Below are positions 1 through 10,698 of a stretch of 64,000 bases of DNA, piece after piece. Numbering within the stretch: the stretch's first letter is position 1; each line of letters begins with the position of its first letter. The stretch lies in assembly GCA_963806225.1 (NCBI GenBank), contig CAWDXG010000001.1, positions 704,001 through 768,000 of the forward strand. Direction: 5' to 3'. The position numbers were made by a program, and so were the translations under genes. Origin of the DNA: an uncultured delta proteobacterium (GTDB taxonomy: Bacteria; Myxococcota_A; Polyangia; Polyangiales; Polyangiaceae). The notes under the pieces were generated by a model, which had not been told where the DNA came from, did not search any database, and saw only the letters and a list, made by a program, of their open reading frames with translations.

Positions 1-353
1 GCGGCCTTCGCCGGCGCGTAGAGCACGACCAGCCGCTGGTTCGCCCGCAGGAGCGCGGCCTCGGCGTCCGACACGCTGCTGAACTCCGGCGCCTTGGTCT
101 TCTTGTCTCCGTCGGACAGGCTGTTCGGGCCCTCTTCAGCGCGATACTCCCGGTTGGCCGAGCCGGGTGCCGCCTGGCCGGCCCCGGGCGCGGCGGGGGT
201 AGGCGCGACGGTCTGGGCCTCCGGCTGTTCGCTCTGTGCCGGAGGCTGTGCAGGGGTCGCGGCCGGTGCCGGACGCGGGGCCTGTGCGGCACAGCCGCCG
301 AAGAGCAGCGTCAGGGCGATCAGTGGGAGCGGGGTCCGGATTCGGGGGGGCAT
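1..353 (-). CDS. Lipoprotein, hypothetical; runs off the left edge
   Basis: Manual translation from ATG at 353: MPPRIRTPLPLIALTLLFGGC (lipobox), then a Pro/Ala-rich linker; open to base 1. Not in the ORF track. Confidence 0.6.
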   Translation of the reverse strand, partial: MPPRIRTPLPLIALTLLFGGCAAQAPRPAPAATPAQPPAQSEQPEAQTVAPTPAAPGAGQAAPGSANREYRAEEGPNSLSDGDKKTKAPEFSSVSDAEAALLRANQRLVVLYAPAKA

Positions 354-439
354 GGTGGGGTCCGGGGGTCGAAACGGCGCTCAGCCTAGCCGATCATGTT
401 GTACGTATGGGCCGCCGGGACGACCTTCCGGGAACGGAA

Positions 440-838
440 ATGCTCGATCGAGTCGACAACGCCTATCTCTACGTGGACGAGCTTCCCGGCCTTCCCGTCG
501 TCCGGGTCCGCCGCAGCGAGCAGGCCTTTCCGTCGGTGGCCGAGGCGGTGGCCTCGTTCAGCGCGGTCAACCGCGAGCTGGAGCGCCTGGACCGCCCTGC
601 CTATGGCCTCCTGATCGATACCCGGGCGGCCAGCGGTCGCAATGACGCCGAGTTCGAGCAGGCCTTTGCGCCGCTCCGCGCAGCCATGCAGCGCGGCTTC
701 GCGCGCGTGGCCGTGCTCGTGCGCTCCGTCACCGGGACACTGCAGGTGCAGCGCCACGCGCGCGAGGACGGGCTCGAGGTCCGCTCGTTCACGGACCAGG
801 GCGCGGCGCTCGCCTGGCTGGTGGCCGGACTGGGCTAG
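440..838 (+). CDS. STAS/SEC14 (SpoIIAA-like) domain protein
   Basis: [18 protein letters not shown]...RVAVLVRS...[11 protein letters not shown] pattern typical of small myxobacterial STAS-like proteins; alternative ATG at 407. Confidence 0.6.
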   Translation: MLDRVDNAYLYVDELPGLPVVRVRRSEQAFPSVAEAVASFSAVNRELERLDRPAYGLLIDTRAASGRNDAEFEQAFAPLRAAMQRGFARVAVLVRSVTGTLQVQRHAREDGLEVRSFTDQGAALAWLVAGLG

Positions 839-2031
839 GACAGCTCCGCCCGGCGGTAGATGGTGACGACCGCCGCGCCGCCCAGGCCCAGGTTGTGCTG
901 CAGGGCGACCTTGGCGCCGTCGACCTGGCGCTTGTCTGCCTTGCCGCGCAGCTGCCAATTGAGCTCGGCGCACTGCGCGAGGCCGGTGGCGCCGAGCGGA
1001 TGGCCCTTGGAGATGAGGCCGCCGGAGGGATTGACGACCCACTTGCCGCCGTAGGTCACGGCGCCCGAGTCGATGAGCTCGCCGCCCTTGCCCTCTTCGG
1101 CCAGGCGCAGGCCCTCGTAGGTCAATAGCTCGTTGCTCGAGAAGCAGTCGTGCAGCTCGATCACGTCGACGTTCTCGGGGCCGATGCCGCTCATCTCGTA
1201 GGCCTGGTCGGCGGCCTTCTGCGTCATGTCGTAGCCGACCATCTTGATGCAGCTCTTGTCGTCGAAGGTGCTGGGCATGTCGGTCGCCATGGCCATGCCC
1301 GCGATCTCGACGGCGTTGTCCTGCAGGTTGTGCTTCTTGACGAAGTCCTCGCTGGCGAGGATTGCCACGCCGGCGCCGTCCGAAGTCGGGCAGCACTGCA
1401 GCTTGGTGAGCGGCTCGTACACCATCTTCGCGTTCAGGATGTCGTCGAGCGAGTACTCGTCCTGGAACTGCGAGTAGGGGTTGTTGACCGAGTGCTTGTG
1501 GTTCTTCAGCCCGATCTTGGCGAACTGCTCCGCGGTGGTGCCGTACTTCTCCATGTGCTCGCGGCCCGCGTTGCCGAACAGCTGCGGCGCGGGCGGGGCC
1601 GGTGCGAAGTCGCGCAGGCTCATCATGAGCAGCATGTGCTTGTCCATGGGGTTCGTGCGGTCCATGTACTTGGCGCCGAGCGAGCCCTTCTCCATCTTCT
1701 CGAAGCCGGCGGCGAGCACGCACTCGGCGAGGCCGCCCTCGACCAGTTGCTTGGCGAGGAAGAGCGCCGTGGAGCCCGTGGAGCAGTTGTTGTTCACGTT
1801 GTAGATGGGCATGCCGGTGAGCCCGAGCTCGTACAGCGCGCGCTCGCCCGAGGTGGACTCGCCGTAGCAGTAGCCCGCGACGGCCTGCTGGACCTCGCTG
1901 AAGTCGATGCCCGCGTCCGCGAGCGCTTTCTCGCCCGCTTCCTTCACCATCTGCGGGTAGTCCCAGTCTTTCGATCCGGGCTTCTCGAACTTCGTCATCC
2001 CCACGCCGACCACGTAGACTTTCCTGCCCAT
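835..2031 (-). CDS. SCP-x-type thiolase (lipid-transfer protein family)
   Basis: [31 protein letters not shown] and QHNLGLGG motifs. Confidence 0.92.
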   Translation of the reverse strand: MGRKVYVVGVGMTKFEKPGSKDWDYPQMVKEAGEKALADAGIDFSEVQQAVAGYCYGESTSGERALYELGLTGMPIYNVNNNCSTGSTALFLAKQLVEGGLAECVLAAGFEKMEKGSLGAKYMDRTNPMDKHMLLMMSLRDFAPAPPAPQLFGNAGREHMEKYGTTAEQFAKIGLKNHKHSVNNPYSQFQDEYSLDDILNAKMVYEPLTKLQCCPTSDGAGVAILASEDFVKKHNLQDNAVEIAGMAMATDMPSTFDDKSCIKMVGYDMTQKAADQAYEMSGIGPENVDVIELHDCFSSNELLTYEGLRLAEEGKGGELIDSGAVTYGGKWVVNPSGGLISKGHPLGATGLAQCAELNWQLRGKADKRQVDGAKVALQHNLGLGGAAVVTIYRRAELS

Positions 2032-2203
2032 TTGCTCGCTCCTTTTCCGCCGATCCGGTAGCGCCTTGCGCCTCGTCGCAGGTGCGCTCCGGAAAACTGG
2101 CCGATCGGTCGAATACGATATCCAGCGCGGGCGTGCAAGCGACAGCGCTGCCGCGTGGCTGGAGCCCGTGATCGCCCGAGCCCGGCGCTGCAGGGCGTGG
2201 AGC

Positions 2204-2998
2204 TCAGGCCCCGGCCGGGCTCGCGGCGGGAGGCGCCTTGCGCCCGGCGCGGGTCTTCTTGATCTTCTCCACCAGTTCGCGCGGCGCGATGGTGCCGAAC
2301 AGCCAGTCGGCGAGTGGAACGGTCACGTTGAAGTTCCACTTCTGCATCAGGCGCGGGTCGTGGTGGCGTGCGTGCAGCTCGCTGAGCTGCTTCAGGAAGG
2401 GCAGCTTGTAGACCACGGACGTCTCCGGCAGGTGGTAGGCCAGGTGCGACAGCTCGTAGCCAACGACGTACACGCTGGAGGTCATCAGCACCAGCCAGCC
2501 GACGTTCGGCGAGATCAGCGCGCCAGCGAGTGCCGCAGCGGGCGCGGCCATGGCTACGATGCCCGCCGCGCCCACGGCCGGCAGGAGCACCAGCCGCATC
2601 TCGCGGGCCGAGCGGATCTCCATGTCGCCATAGCGGTAGACGCGGTGGTGCTCCGGCGTGTGGCGATCGTAGAGCACGGCCAGGGGCTTGAATCGCTTGT
2701 TGCGGCGGTGCAGGAGATTGCGGTGAGCATGCCACTCCATCACGTTGGAGAGTGCGAACGTGACAGGGACCGCGACGAGCTCGATCGGTGCGAGCCCATG
2801 GATCTTCCACACGGCCAGCGCTAGCGCGCCGGCGCCGAGGCCCAGCGTCGAGCCGAGGTGCGCCCACGGCGAGTACCAGCGGGGGATGCGGCTCATCATC
2901 CCGTCGCGGAACTCCTCCCGGCTCTGTTCGCCCCGGAAGTACCGGCGATCGTCGTCCTCGGAGAAGCTCGGCTCCGTCGGGTTCGCGGTCTCGGCCAT
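2204..2998 (-). CDS. Fatty acid hydroxylase / sterol desaturase family protein
   Basis: His boxes [29 protein letters not shown], plus TM segments. Confidence 0.85.
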   Translation of the reverse strand: MAETANPTEPSFSEDDDRRYFRGEQSREEFRDGMMSRIPRWYSPWAHLGSTLGLGAGALALAVWKIHGLAPIELVAVPVTFALSNVMEWHAHRNLLHRRNKRFKPLAVLYDRHTPEHHRVYRYGDMEIRSAREMRLVLLPAVGAAGIVAMAAPAAALAGALISPNVGWLVLMTSSVYVVGYELSHLAYHLPETSVVYKLPFLKQLSELHARHHDPRLMQKWNFNVTVPLADWLFGTIAPRELVEKIKKTRAGRKAPPAASPAGA

Positions 2999-3150
2999 GT
3001 CCCAGCTGTACGTTCTGTTTTTACAGAACGCAAGCTCATGGCGGGGTGGGCCCGCGGGCCTATGGCAATCGCGACGAACCCGGAACGTGTGGCGCGCCAG
3101 CGTGACGCTATTCTAGCCGCGATGAGACGTTGTCGACCGGAGTTGCGCGA

Positions 3151-3891
3151 ATGAGCGACGGGAGCGATCCCTTCGCGCACCATCCCGAGCTGCGCGGGCG
3201 CATCGTGCCGTACCAGGAGTCGCGGTTCCGCGACTTCAATCTCGGTGAGCTCGACGAGGCATTGCGCGAGCTCGACCAGCCGGGTCTCCGGCGTGTTCCC
3301 GACGAAGAGCGGGAGGCGGGCCGGCGGTGCACATTGGAAGGCCGCTGGGATCGCGACTTGTGGGTGTTCGCCTACGGCTCGCTGATGTGGGATCCAGGGC
3401 TGCATTTCGCCGAGGTCCGCCGTGCGCGTCTGGACGGTCACGAACGGCAGTTCTGTCTGGAGACGACTTTCGGTCGCGGCTCGGACGATCAGCCCGGGCT
3501 CATGCTCGGGCTGGTGCCAGGTGTTGGCTGCGAGGGGCTGGCCTTCCGCATCCCCAGAGAGCGCATCGAGGTGGAGACCGGGATCGTGTGGCGCCGAGAA
3601 AGACTATTTCACGCCTACGTGCCGACATTCGCCCGCGTCGAGACCGCGCTTGGTCCCGAGCAGGCGCTCGTTTTTCTGATCGATCCGACCTCCGGGCTCT
3701 ACCTGGGCGAGCTGACGTTCGAGGAGCAGGCCCACCGCATGGCCCACGCCTACGGCTTCCTCGGCTCGGGTTTCGAGTACCTGCACAACGTCGTCCACCA
3801 GCTCGCCGCGGTGGGGATCGACGATCCCGGGATCACGGCGCTGTATGCCAGAGCCGTCGAGCTGCGAGAGGGCGCCGCTGCACAACCCTGA
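3151..3891 (+). CDS. chaC: ChaC-family gamma-glutamylcyclotransferase
   Basis: WVFAYGSLMW, RGS..QPGLMLGL..G..CEGLAFRI, and G..GSGFEYL motifs. Confidence 0.85.
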   Translation: MSDGSDPFAHHPELRGRIVPYQESRFRDFNLGELDEALRELDQPGLRRVPDEEREAGRRCTLEGRWDRDLWVFAYGSLMWDPGLHFAEVRRARLDGHERQFCLETTFGRGSDDQPGLMLGLVPGVGCEGLAFRIPRERIEVETGIVWRRERLFHAYVPTFARVETALGPEQALVFLIDPTSGLYLGELTFEEQAHRMAHAYGFLGSGFEYLHNVVHQLAAVGIDDPGITALYARAVELREGAAAQP

Positions 3892-3918
3892 GCGACGCGC
3901 TTCCTGGAGGGCTTCGCC

Positions 3919-4536
3919 TCAGCTCCCCATCATGTTGGCGGCCACGACCAGGCCGACCACCAAGAGAAGCACGGAGCCTGCGACACCCAGCAGCGCCAGC
4001 CTCCGGAAGAGGATGATCCTGCGATGTTCGGGGGGGAGCGCCGAGGCCGGGATCTTGCCGTGCGTTGGGCAGAAGTGCGCGCTGGCGATGGCCTTCACGA
4101 TCAATATTCCGACGAGGCCTCCCGCACCCCTGCCGATCGCGCCGGCAGTGCCCGACCGGGACGACATGAACGCGCCGCACGTGGGGCAGGGGATTCTGCC
4201 GAATAGTCCCGGGCTAGCAGCCTGCGCAGAGCCTTGCTGCACCTGCTGCTGCGGGTAGCCCTGCTGCTGCTGCGGGTAGCCCTGCTGCTGTTGCTGCTGC
4301 GGATAGCCCTGCTGCTGCGGATAGCCCTGCTGCTGCGGATAGCCCTGCTGCTGCGGGTAGCCCTGCTGCTGCGGATAGCCCTGCTGCTGCGGATAGCCCT
4401 GCTGCTGCTGCGGGTAGCCCTGCTGCTGCGGGGCGGTCTGTTGTTGGAAGGCCTGCTGCTGTTGTGCCGGGTAGCCGCCCTGCGGAGGTTGCCCGTACGG
4501 ATTGTGCGGAGGTCCGCCTGGATTTCCCGGCTGCAT
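3919..4536 (-). CDS. Gln/Pro/Gly/Tyr-repeat membrane protein with CxxC/CxxH Zn-ribbon
   Basis: 9 GYPQ(3-6) repeats, CPTC and CPTH motifs, C-terminal hydrophobic helix. Confidence 0.7.
   Translation of the reverse strand: MQPGNPGGPPHNPYGQPPQGGYPAQQQQAFQQQTAPQQQGYPQQQQGYPQQQGYPQQQGYPQQQGYPQQQGYPQQQGYPQQQQQQGYPQQQQGYPQQQVQQGSAQAASPGLFGRIPCPTCGAFMSSRSGTAGAIGRGAGGLVGILIVKAIASAHFCPTHGKIPASALPPEHRRIILFRRLALLGVAGSVLLLVVGLVVAANMMGS
4243..4428 (-). repeat. Coding tandem repeat, 18-bp core GGCTAYCCGCAGCAGCAG, 9 copies with variable CAG runs
   Basis: Read directly in the sequence. Confidence 0.95.
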
Positions 4537-4638
4537 GATGCATCGAGGTTACCCGAGCCCTCCAGCCAACTCAATCTGCAGGGCATGGCTGGAAGGAAGC
4601 GGCTCCCCGGCGCTTTCGAAGCGCTATTATCCCCGGCG

Positions 4639-6277
4639 ATGCTCCGCCGGTCGTTGTTCGTGGCCCTGTCTCTGGCCGCTGTGTCGGGCTGCTCGTCGGG
4701 AAAGTCGCAGGCGCCGGCGGCGTCGCAGCCGACTGCCGACTGGAACGCCGAGGCGAAGAAGCTCCTGACCGGCCCCGACTGGTACCGCCACGCGATCTTC
4801 TACGAGGTGTACGTCCGATCCTTCCAGGACTCGAACGGCGACGGCATCGGCGACTTCAAGGGGCTCACGTCGCGGCTCGACTATCTGAAGGAGCTCGGGG
4901 TCGACGCGATCCGGCTGATGCCGATGTACCCCACGCCCTTCAAGGACTCGGGCTACGACATATCGGACTACGAGGCCATCAACCCCGACTACGGGACGAT
5001 GGCCGACTTCGACGGGTTCTTGAAGCAGGCTCACCAGCGGGGCATCCGGGTGCTGGCTGATCTGGTGTTGAACCACACGTCCGACCAGCATCCGTGGTTC
5101 CAGGAATCGCGCAAGGACAAGACCAACCCCAAAGCGGACTGGTACATCTGGTCGGATACGCCCTCCAGTCCGGACATCGGCTGCGGCACCGACAATCCCA
5201 AGTTCGGCAAGTCCGCGTGGCAGCTCGACCCTGTGCGGGGCCAGTACTACTTCCACCGCTTCTATCCCGAGCAGCCCGACCTGAACTACAGAAACCCCGA
5301 GGTGGTGAAGGCCACGCTGGACGTGGCGCGCTACTGGCTGGACAAGGGTGTGGACGGCTTCCGCTGCGGCGTGATCGCCTTCCTCTACGAGTCGGCGAAC
5401 GGCTGCGATTTTCTCCCCGGGACGCATGACTACATCAAGAAGCTGCGCGCGCTGCTCGACCAGTACCCCGATCGCGCCATGGTGGCCGAGTCGACCGACT
5501 TCAATACCTCCGGCCAGTACTTCGGCAACGGCCAGAATATGTTCCACATGGCGTTCGACTTCGCCTACGGTTACTTCTGGCAGTTCCCTTTCGCGGGCGG
5601 GAACGCCGGTGCCATCAAGACCGCGTTCCAGAACGCACAGGACACCTATCCCCCCGGCGCGCAGGATGGCGCTGGTGATCGGCTCCCACGATGTGTCCGC
5701 GCCTACATCACGGCGACGGGGGACGAGACGCGCGCCCGGCGCGCCGCCCTGATCCAGATGACGATGCCCGGCTCGCCCTTCATCTACTACGGAGAAGAGC
5801 TGTCGCTGCGCTCGGGCAAGCAACAGGTGGTCGACTCGCGGGACTACGCGCGCACGCCGATGCTCTGGGACGCGGGGCCGGGCTACGGTTTCACAAGCGG
5901 CAAGCCCTGGATCGCCTTCGGGGAGGATGCCGACAACACCAACCTGGCGGCGGAAAAGTCCGATCCGGGCTCGATGTACAACTGGTACAAGAAGCTCCTC
6001 GCCCTCAGGCGTGGGCGGGCGGTGTGGGGCACCGGCCAGCTCCGGCTGCTCGAGACCGACACTGGCGCTGTCCTGGCCTACGTGCGCCAGGACAGCCGCT
6101 TCGAGTATCTGGTCGCGGTGAACATGACGTTCCGACAGCCAGACGGCGACAATTGCCGACGCGAAGTTGCCTGGGAGTGGCAAGCTCGCGTGGGGCGCCG
6201 GGAAGCTCGGCGTGCATGGTGACTCGGCGACAGTGCAACTCCCTGGGAGCGAAGACGCGATCTTCCAGATCAAGTGA
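4639..6277 (+). CDS. GH13 alpha-glucosidase/alpha-amylase family lipoprotein (frameshifted as assembled)
   Basis: Lipobox LAAVSGC; FYEVYVRSFQDSNGDGIGD, DLVLNHTS, QPDLN, GVDGFR, PFIYYGEE. The GSHD motif sits in another frame at ~5665-5695, and the C-terminus continues in a shifted frame from ~6130 to TGA at 6277. Confidence 0.85.
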
Positions 6278-6288
6278 CGAGGTTGACG

Positions 6289-8637
6289 ATGAGTGCGTAC
6301 ACGACTGCAGACATCCGCAACATTGTGCTCGTCGGGCAGGCGGGCTCGGGCAAGAGCACGCTGGTGGAAGCACTGCTCTCGGCGGCGCAGGGCAAACCCG
6401 GCAGCACCGAAAGCAAGCGCGGCGAGGCGCTCACGGATTTCGACCCGCTGGAGCATGACTACCACCATTCGCTGAACCTCGCGGTGGCCAGCGTCGAGTT
6501 TTCGGGCAAGCACATCAATCTGATCGACGCTCCCGGCTACTCGGACTTCCTGGGCCAGACGCTGGGCGGCCTGGCGGCGGCCGACACCATGGTGGTCGTG
6601 GTCAACGCGACCTCCGGCATTGAACCGATGACCCGGCGCATGATGGACCGCGCTGCCGCGCAGCACCTGCCTTGCATGGTGGTGGTCAACAAGATCGACG
6701 CCGATCCGGATCACCTGAGCGAGCTGCTGGACGCGCTCACCGAGGCGTTTGGCCGGGGCTGCCTGCCGCTGGACCTTCCGGCGGGGCACGCCGAGAAGGT
6801 GGTCGACGTGGTCAGCCAGAACGAAGGCGAGTCCGACATCTCCTCGCCGGTGGCCGCGCACACCGCGCTCGTCGAGCAGGTGGTCGAGGTCGACGAGGCG
6901 GCCATGGAGCAGTACCTGGAGCAGGGCGATGTCGACCCGGCGGCGCTGCACGCTCCATTCGAACAGGCGCTGCGCGAAGGGCACCTGATCCCGGTCTGCT
7001 TCGTCTCCGCGCGCACCGGCGCCGGCGTGCCGGAGCTTCTGCATGTGCTCACCGAGCTGGCTCCCAACCCGCTGGAGGGCAACCCGCACGCGTTCGTGCA
7101 GCAGAAGGACGGCGAGAGCGAGGAGCTCTGGGCAAAGCCGGACCCGGAACTCCCGCTCCTGGCCCACGTGTTCAAGGTCGACCACGACACCTTTGCGGGC
7201 AAGATTGCCCACATCCGCGTGCACCAGGGCACGCTGAAGAAGAACAGCCAGGTGCTGCTCGATCGCGAAGGCAGGTCGTTCAAGGTTTCGCACCTCGTGC
7301 ATGTCCAGGGTGCCAAGCACACGGAAGTGGACGAGGTGAGGGCAGGGGACATCTGCGCCATCACCAAGGTGGAGGAGCTGCACCAGGATGCGGTTCTTCA
7401 CGCCGATCACGAACAGGACGCGGTCGGGCCGCCGCGCATGCAGTATCCGACGCCGCTGGTGGGCCTGGCGCTGGCCGCCAAGCGCCGCGGTGACGAAGGC
7501 AAGATCACCGACGTGCTGCACCGTCTGGTCGCCGAAGATCCGGGACTTCGCATCGAGCACGACATGGCCGCTGGCGAGACGGTGCTCAGGGGGCTGGGTG
7601 ATCTTCACCTCAAGGTCGCGCTCGACAAGCTGGAGAAACGCTACAACGTCCAGGTCGAGACGCATCCGCCCAGCATTCCCTACCGCGAGACGATCACCCG
7701 ACCCGCATCGGGCCATCACCGCCACAAGAAGCAGACGGGCGGCGCCGGCCAGTTCGGCGAGGTGTTCCTCGAGGTCGAACCGCTGGCGCGCGGCACGGGC
7801 TTCGAGTTCGTCGACCAGATCAAGGGCGGGACGATCCCGGGCCAGTTCCTGCCCGCGGTGGAGAAGGGCGTGCGCCAGGTGCTCGGTTCCGGGGTGATCG
7901 GCGGCTATCCGGTCCAGGACGTGCGCGTCACCGTCGTCGACGGCAAGCACCACGCGGTGGACTCGAAGGAAGTGGCGTTCATCGTGGCCGGTCGCAAGGC
8001 CTTCCTCGACGCGCTGGACAAGGCGGGGGCCGTCCTGCTCGAGCCGATGGTGGATCTCGAGGTCACCGCCCCGGCCGCCCACATGGGCGACATCACCGGG
8101 GATCTCGCGTCGCGTCGCGGGCGGCTGAACAACACGCTGCACAGCGCGGACGGCAAGGTGACGGTGCTCGCCCACGCGCCGCTCGCCGAGCTGGCCGACT
8201 ACGCCACACGCCTGAAGTCCATGACCGGCGGCGAGGGCCAGTGGAGCATCCAGCTCAGCGGCTACGAACCGGCGCCCAGCCGCGTGCAGGAAGAGATCGC
8301 GGCGGCGCACCAGGAAAAGAAATACGACGCCCGACGGGCCTGTTCCCGGCCGCGGGGTATAGTTCCGTCCGCCCCCAATGTGCGAGCTATTTGCCATGTC
8401 GTCCGGCAGGGCGACCAACGTCAATTTCAGCTTTGCGGAGTTCTCGCGGCGCGGTGCGTCCACCGCGAGAAATCCGGACGGCTGGGGCGTGGCCTACTTC
8501 GACGGGCCCGACGTGCGGTTGGTGCGCGAGCCGCAGCCCACGGACGACAGCGCGTGCGTGCGTTTCCTGATGGACAACGCCCTCGACAGTCGCCTGGTCA
8601 TCTCGCACGTGCGCCGGGCCACCCAGGGCCGGCGTAG
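6289..8637 (+). CDS. Elongation factor G-like paralog (EF-G2 type); homology ends ~8330
   Basis: GQAGSGKS, DAPGYSDF, NKID, GLGDLHL, PYRETI, HKKQTGGAGQFGEV, H.VDS, LLEPM. The last ~100 codons overlap the next gene and are probably read-through of a lost stop. Confidence 0.9.
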   Translation: MSAYTTADIRNIVLVGQAGSGKSTLVEALLSAAQGKPGSTESKRGEALTDFDPLEHDYHHSLNLAVASVEFSGKHINLIDAPGYSDFLGQTLGGLAAADTMVVVVNATSGIEPMTRRMMDRAAAQHLPCMVVVNKIDADPDHLSELLDALTEAFGRGCLPLDLPAGHAEKVVDVVSQNEGESDISSPVAAHTALVEQVVEVDEAAMEQYLEQGDVDPAALHAPFEQALREGHLIPVCFVSARTGAGVPELLHVLTELAPNPLEGNPHAFVQQKDGESEELWAKPDPELPLLAHVFKVDHDTFAGKIAHIRVHQGTLKKNSQVLLDREGRSFKVSHLVHVQGAKHTEVDEVRAGDICAITKVEELHQDAVLHADHEQDAVGPPRMQYPTPLVGLALAAKRRGDEGKITDVLHRLVAEDPGLRIEHDMAAGETVLRGLGDLHLKVALDKLEKRYNVQVETHPPSIPYRETITRPASGHHRHKKQTGGAGQFGEVFLEVEPLARGTGFEFVDQIKGGTIPGQFLPAVEKGVRQVLGSGVIGGYPVQDVRVTVVDGKHHAVDSKEVAFIVAGRKAFLDALDKAGAVLLEPMVDLEVTAPAAHMGDITGDLASRRGRLNNTLHSADGKVTVLAHAPLAELADYATRLKSMTGGEGQWSIQLSGYEPAPSRVQEEIAAAHQEKKYDARRACSRPRGIVPSAPNVRAICHVVRQGDQRQFQLCGVLAARCVHREKSGRLGRGLLRRARRAVGARAAAHGRQRVRAFPDGQRPRQSPGHLARAPGHPGPA

Positions 8638-9214
8638 TCTGCCGAATACGCAGCCCTTCGCTCGCGAGCTCGGCGGGCGCATGCACGTCTTTTCGCACAA
8701 CGGCGACCTCGACGGCATCGGCGAGACGCCGCTCGACGGCTGCCATCGACCCATCGGCGACACGGATTCCGAGCATGCGTTCTGCGTGCTGCTCGGCGAG
8801 CTGGCCCAGGCGTGGCGGCGTGGCAGCGGGACGCCGTCGTTCGACGAACGATTCGACATCGTGTGCGCCTTTGCCGAGAGATTGCGGCCACTCGGTCCGG
8901 CGAATTTCATCTACTCCGACGGCGACGCGCTCTTCGTCCACGCGCACCGCCGCACCCAGCCCGGCGGGAAGTCCCCACGCCCGCCGGGGGTGCACCTGCT
9001 CCACCGCGTGTGCCAGGAACCGACCTGCCCCGATCTCGGGCCGGGACTCGACATCGAACATCCCATGCAGCGTGTCGTACTGTTCGCCAGCGTCCCGCTC
9101 ACCGACGAAGGCTGGGTGCCGCTCGAAGAGGGCGAGGTCGTCGCCGCGCGGGACGGTCGTCTGCTCCGGAGCAGCGCGGGACGCGAGCCGGCGAGCCTCC
9201 GGAAGCCGGCGTGA
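8378..9214 (+). CDS. Class II glutamine amidotransferase (YafJ/EgtC/Dug3-like)
   Basis: MCELFAMS with N-terminal Cys, DGWG, HVRRAT.G, NTQPF, HNG, TDSE. Confidence 0.88.
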   Translation: MCELFAMSSGRATNVNFSFAEFSRRGASTARNPDGWGVAYFDGPDVRLVREPQPTDDSACVRFLMDNALDSRLVISHVRRATQGRRSLPNTQPFARELGGRMHVFSHNGDLDGIGETPLDGCHRPIGDTDSEHAFCVLLGELAQAWRRGSGTPSFDERFDIVCAFAERLRPLGPANFIYSDGDALFVHAHRRTQPGGKSPRPPGVHLLHRVCQEPTCPDLGPGLDIEHPMQRVVLFASVPLTDEGWVPLEEGEVVAARDGRLLRSSAGREPASLRKPA

Positions 9215-9313
9215 CCCGCCGCGTTCTGGTGCCCATCGTGGCGGCGTGTGCGGTCGCGCGTTCGGCGCCCGGGCCCTACCGTTGACCAGGTCGGCGCGCT
9301 AGGCTGCGCCTCC

Positions 9314-10279
9314 ATGCGACCTGTCCGCGGCGAAGAAGACATCGACGAACTCCTGCGCAGTGCGAAGGCACTCGCGGTGATCACGGCCTGGAACGAGCTG
9401 GGCCTGTTCGACAAGCTCGCCGGGGGCCCGAAGACGATCGACGAGCTTTCAGTCGACCGGCGCGCGCTGGAGGTCACGATTCCCGTGCTCAAACATCTGG
9501 GCCTCCTGTTCGACGCGGGTGACCGCATCGCGCTGTCGCCCGCGGCCGTGCGGATGCATGAAGGAAAGCAGCTGCCGACGCAGCGCAACCTCGACATCCT
9601 GCGCGGCATCGCCCAGATGGACGACGTGGTCCGGCGCGGTGGCCCGCTTTCCGAAAACGATGCAACCAACGGCGGCGTCGTCGAGGATCCGGAGCGCGCC
9701 GCACGCTTCCTCGACATGCTGTACGGTGCCAGCAGCCAGAGCACCGAGCAGGTCTACGACGCGCTCTCGCCGCTCCTGTCCGCACGCTCGCGCATGCTCG
9801 ACGTGGGCGGCGGGCACGGCCGCTACTCGCGCCGCTTCGCCGACGCCGGTCACACGGCCACGCTGTTCGATTTCCCCCACGTCGTCGAGTACGCCCAAGA
9901 GCGCCACGGCGAGGCCCTCGGCTACATCGCCGGCAATTTCCGCGACGAGTCGGCGGACTTCGGCGGGCCCTACGATTTGGTTTTCCTGTCGAACATCGTG
10001 CACGGCGAGCCCGACCAGGAGAACCGCTCGCTCATCGCCCGGCTCGCGAGCACGCTCGCACCCGGCGGCCGACTCGTCATCAAGGACATGTTCCTCGACG
10101 AGCACGGCGACAATCCGGAAAATGCCGTCTTCTTCGGGCTGACGATGCTGTACTACACACGCGGCGGTCAGAGCCCCGGCGTCGCGCAGGCGCGCGGCTG
10201 GCTCGAGGCGGGCGGGCTTGTCGAGCCGGCGCTCGCGACCTTCGATCGCTACCAGCTGCTCCACGCACGCAAGCCGTAG
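9314..10279 (+). CDS. SAM-dependent O-methyltransferase (methyltransf_2-like)
   Basis: N-terminal ELGLFDKL dimerisation/HTH region; LDVGGGHG; YDLVFLSNIVH; LAPGGRLVIKD. Confidence 0.85.
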   Translation: MRPVRGEEDIDELLRSAKALAVITAWNELGLFDKLAGGPKTIDELSVDRRALEVTIPVLKHLGLLFDAGDRIALSPAAVRMHEGKQLPTQRNLDILRGIAQMDDVVRRGGPLSENDATNGGVVEDPERAARFLDMLYGASSQSTEQVYDALSPLLSARSRMLDVGGGHGRYSRRFADAGHTATLFDFPHVVEYAQERHGEALGYIAGNFRDESADFGGPYDLVFLSNIVHGEPDQENRSLIARLASTLAPGGRLVIKDMFLDEHGDNPENAVFFGLTMLYYTRGGQSPGVAQARGWLEAGGLVEPALATFDRYQLLHARKP

Positions 10280-10281
10280 CG

Positions 10282-10698
10282 CTATCCGCGCGCAAACACC
10301 TGGTCCGGATCGCGGAACGCCTTGAACTCGAGCGCGTTGCCGCTCGGGTCGCGGAAGAACATCGTCGCCTGTTCGCCGACCTTGCCGGCGAAGCGTACGT
10401 GCGGTTCGATCGCGAACTGCACGTACGAGCGGCGAAGCCTATCGGCCAGCTCCTGCCACGCCTCCCAGTCGAGGATTACGCCGAAGTGCCGGCAGGGCAC
10501 GCTGTCGCCGTCGACGGCATTGACCGGATCCTCCGAAATGCGATCGTCCACCAGGTGCGCCGAGAGCTGGTGCCCGAAGAAGTCGAAGTCGATCCAGCGC
10601 GCGTCCTCGCGCCCGACGCACGCGCCGAGCAGCTCGCCGTAGAAGCTGCGCGTCTCTTCCAGATCGGTGACGGGGAAGGCGAGATGGAAGCGGGTCAT
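10282..10698 (-). CDS. VOC/glyoxalase family protein
   Basis: [40 protein letters not shown]. Confidence 0.9.
   Translation of the reverse strand: MTRFHLAFPVTDLEETRSFYGELLGACVGREDARWIDFDFFGHQLSAHLVDDRISEDPVNAVDGDSVPCRHFGVILDWEAWQELADRLRRSYVQFAIEPHVRFAGKVGEQATMFFRDPSGNALEFKAFRDPDQVFARG

Noticed and set aside
4243..4428. CRISPR-like repeat array
   Set aside because: No unique spacers, in-frame codon repeats, no cas genes
4627..8463. 1278-aa minus-strand ORF
   Set aside because: Antisense shadow of the GH13 and EF-G-like genes in high-GC DNA; no motifs
3151..9214. Glutathione-degradation cluster (ChaC + class II GATase)
   Set aside because: Separated by unrelated genes; no evidence of coupling
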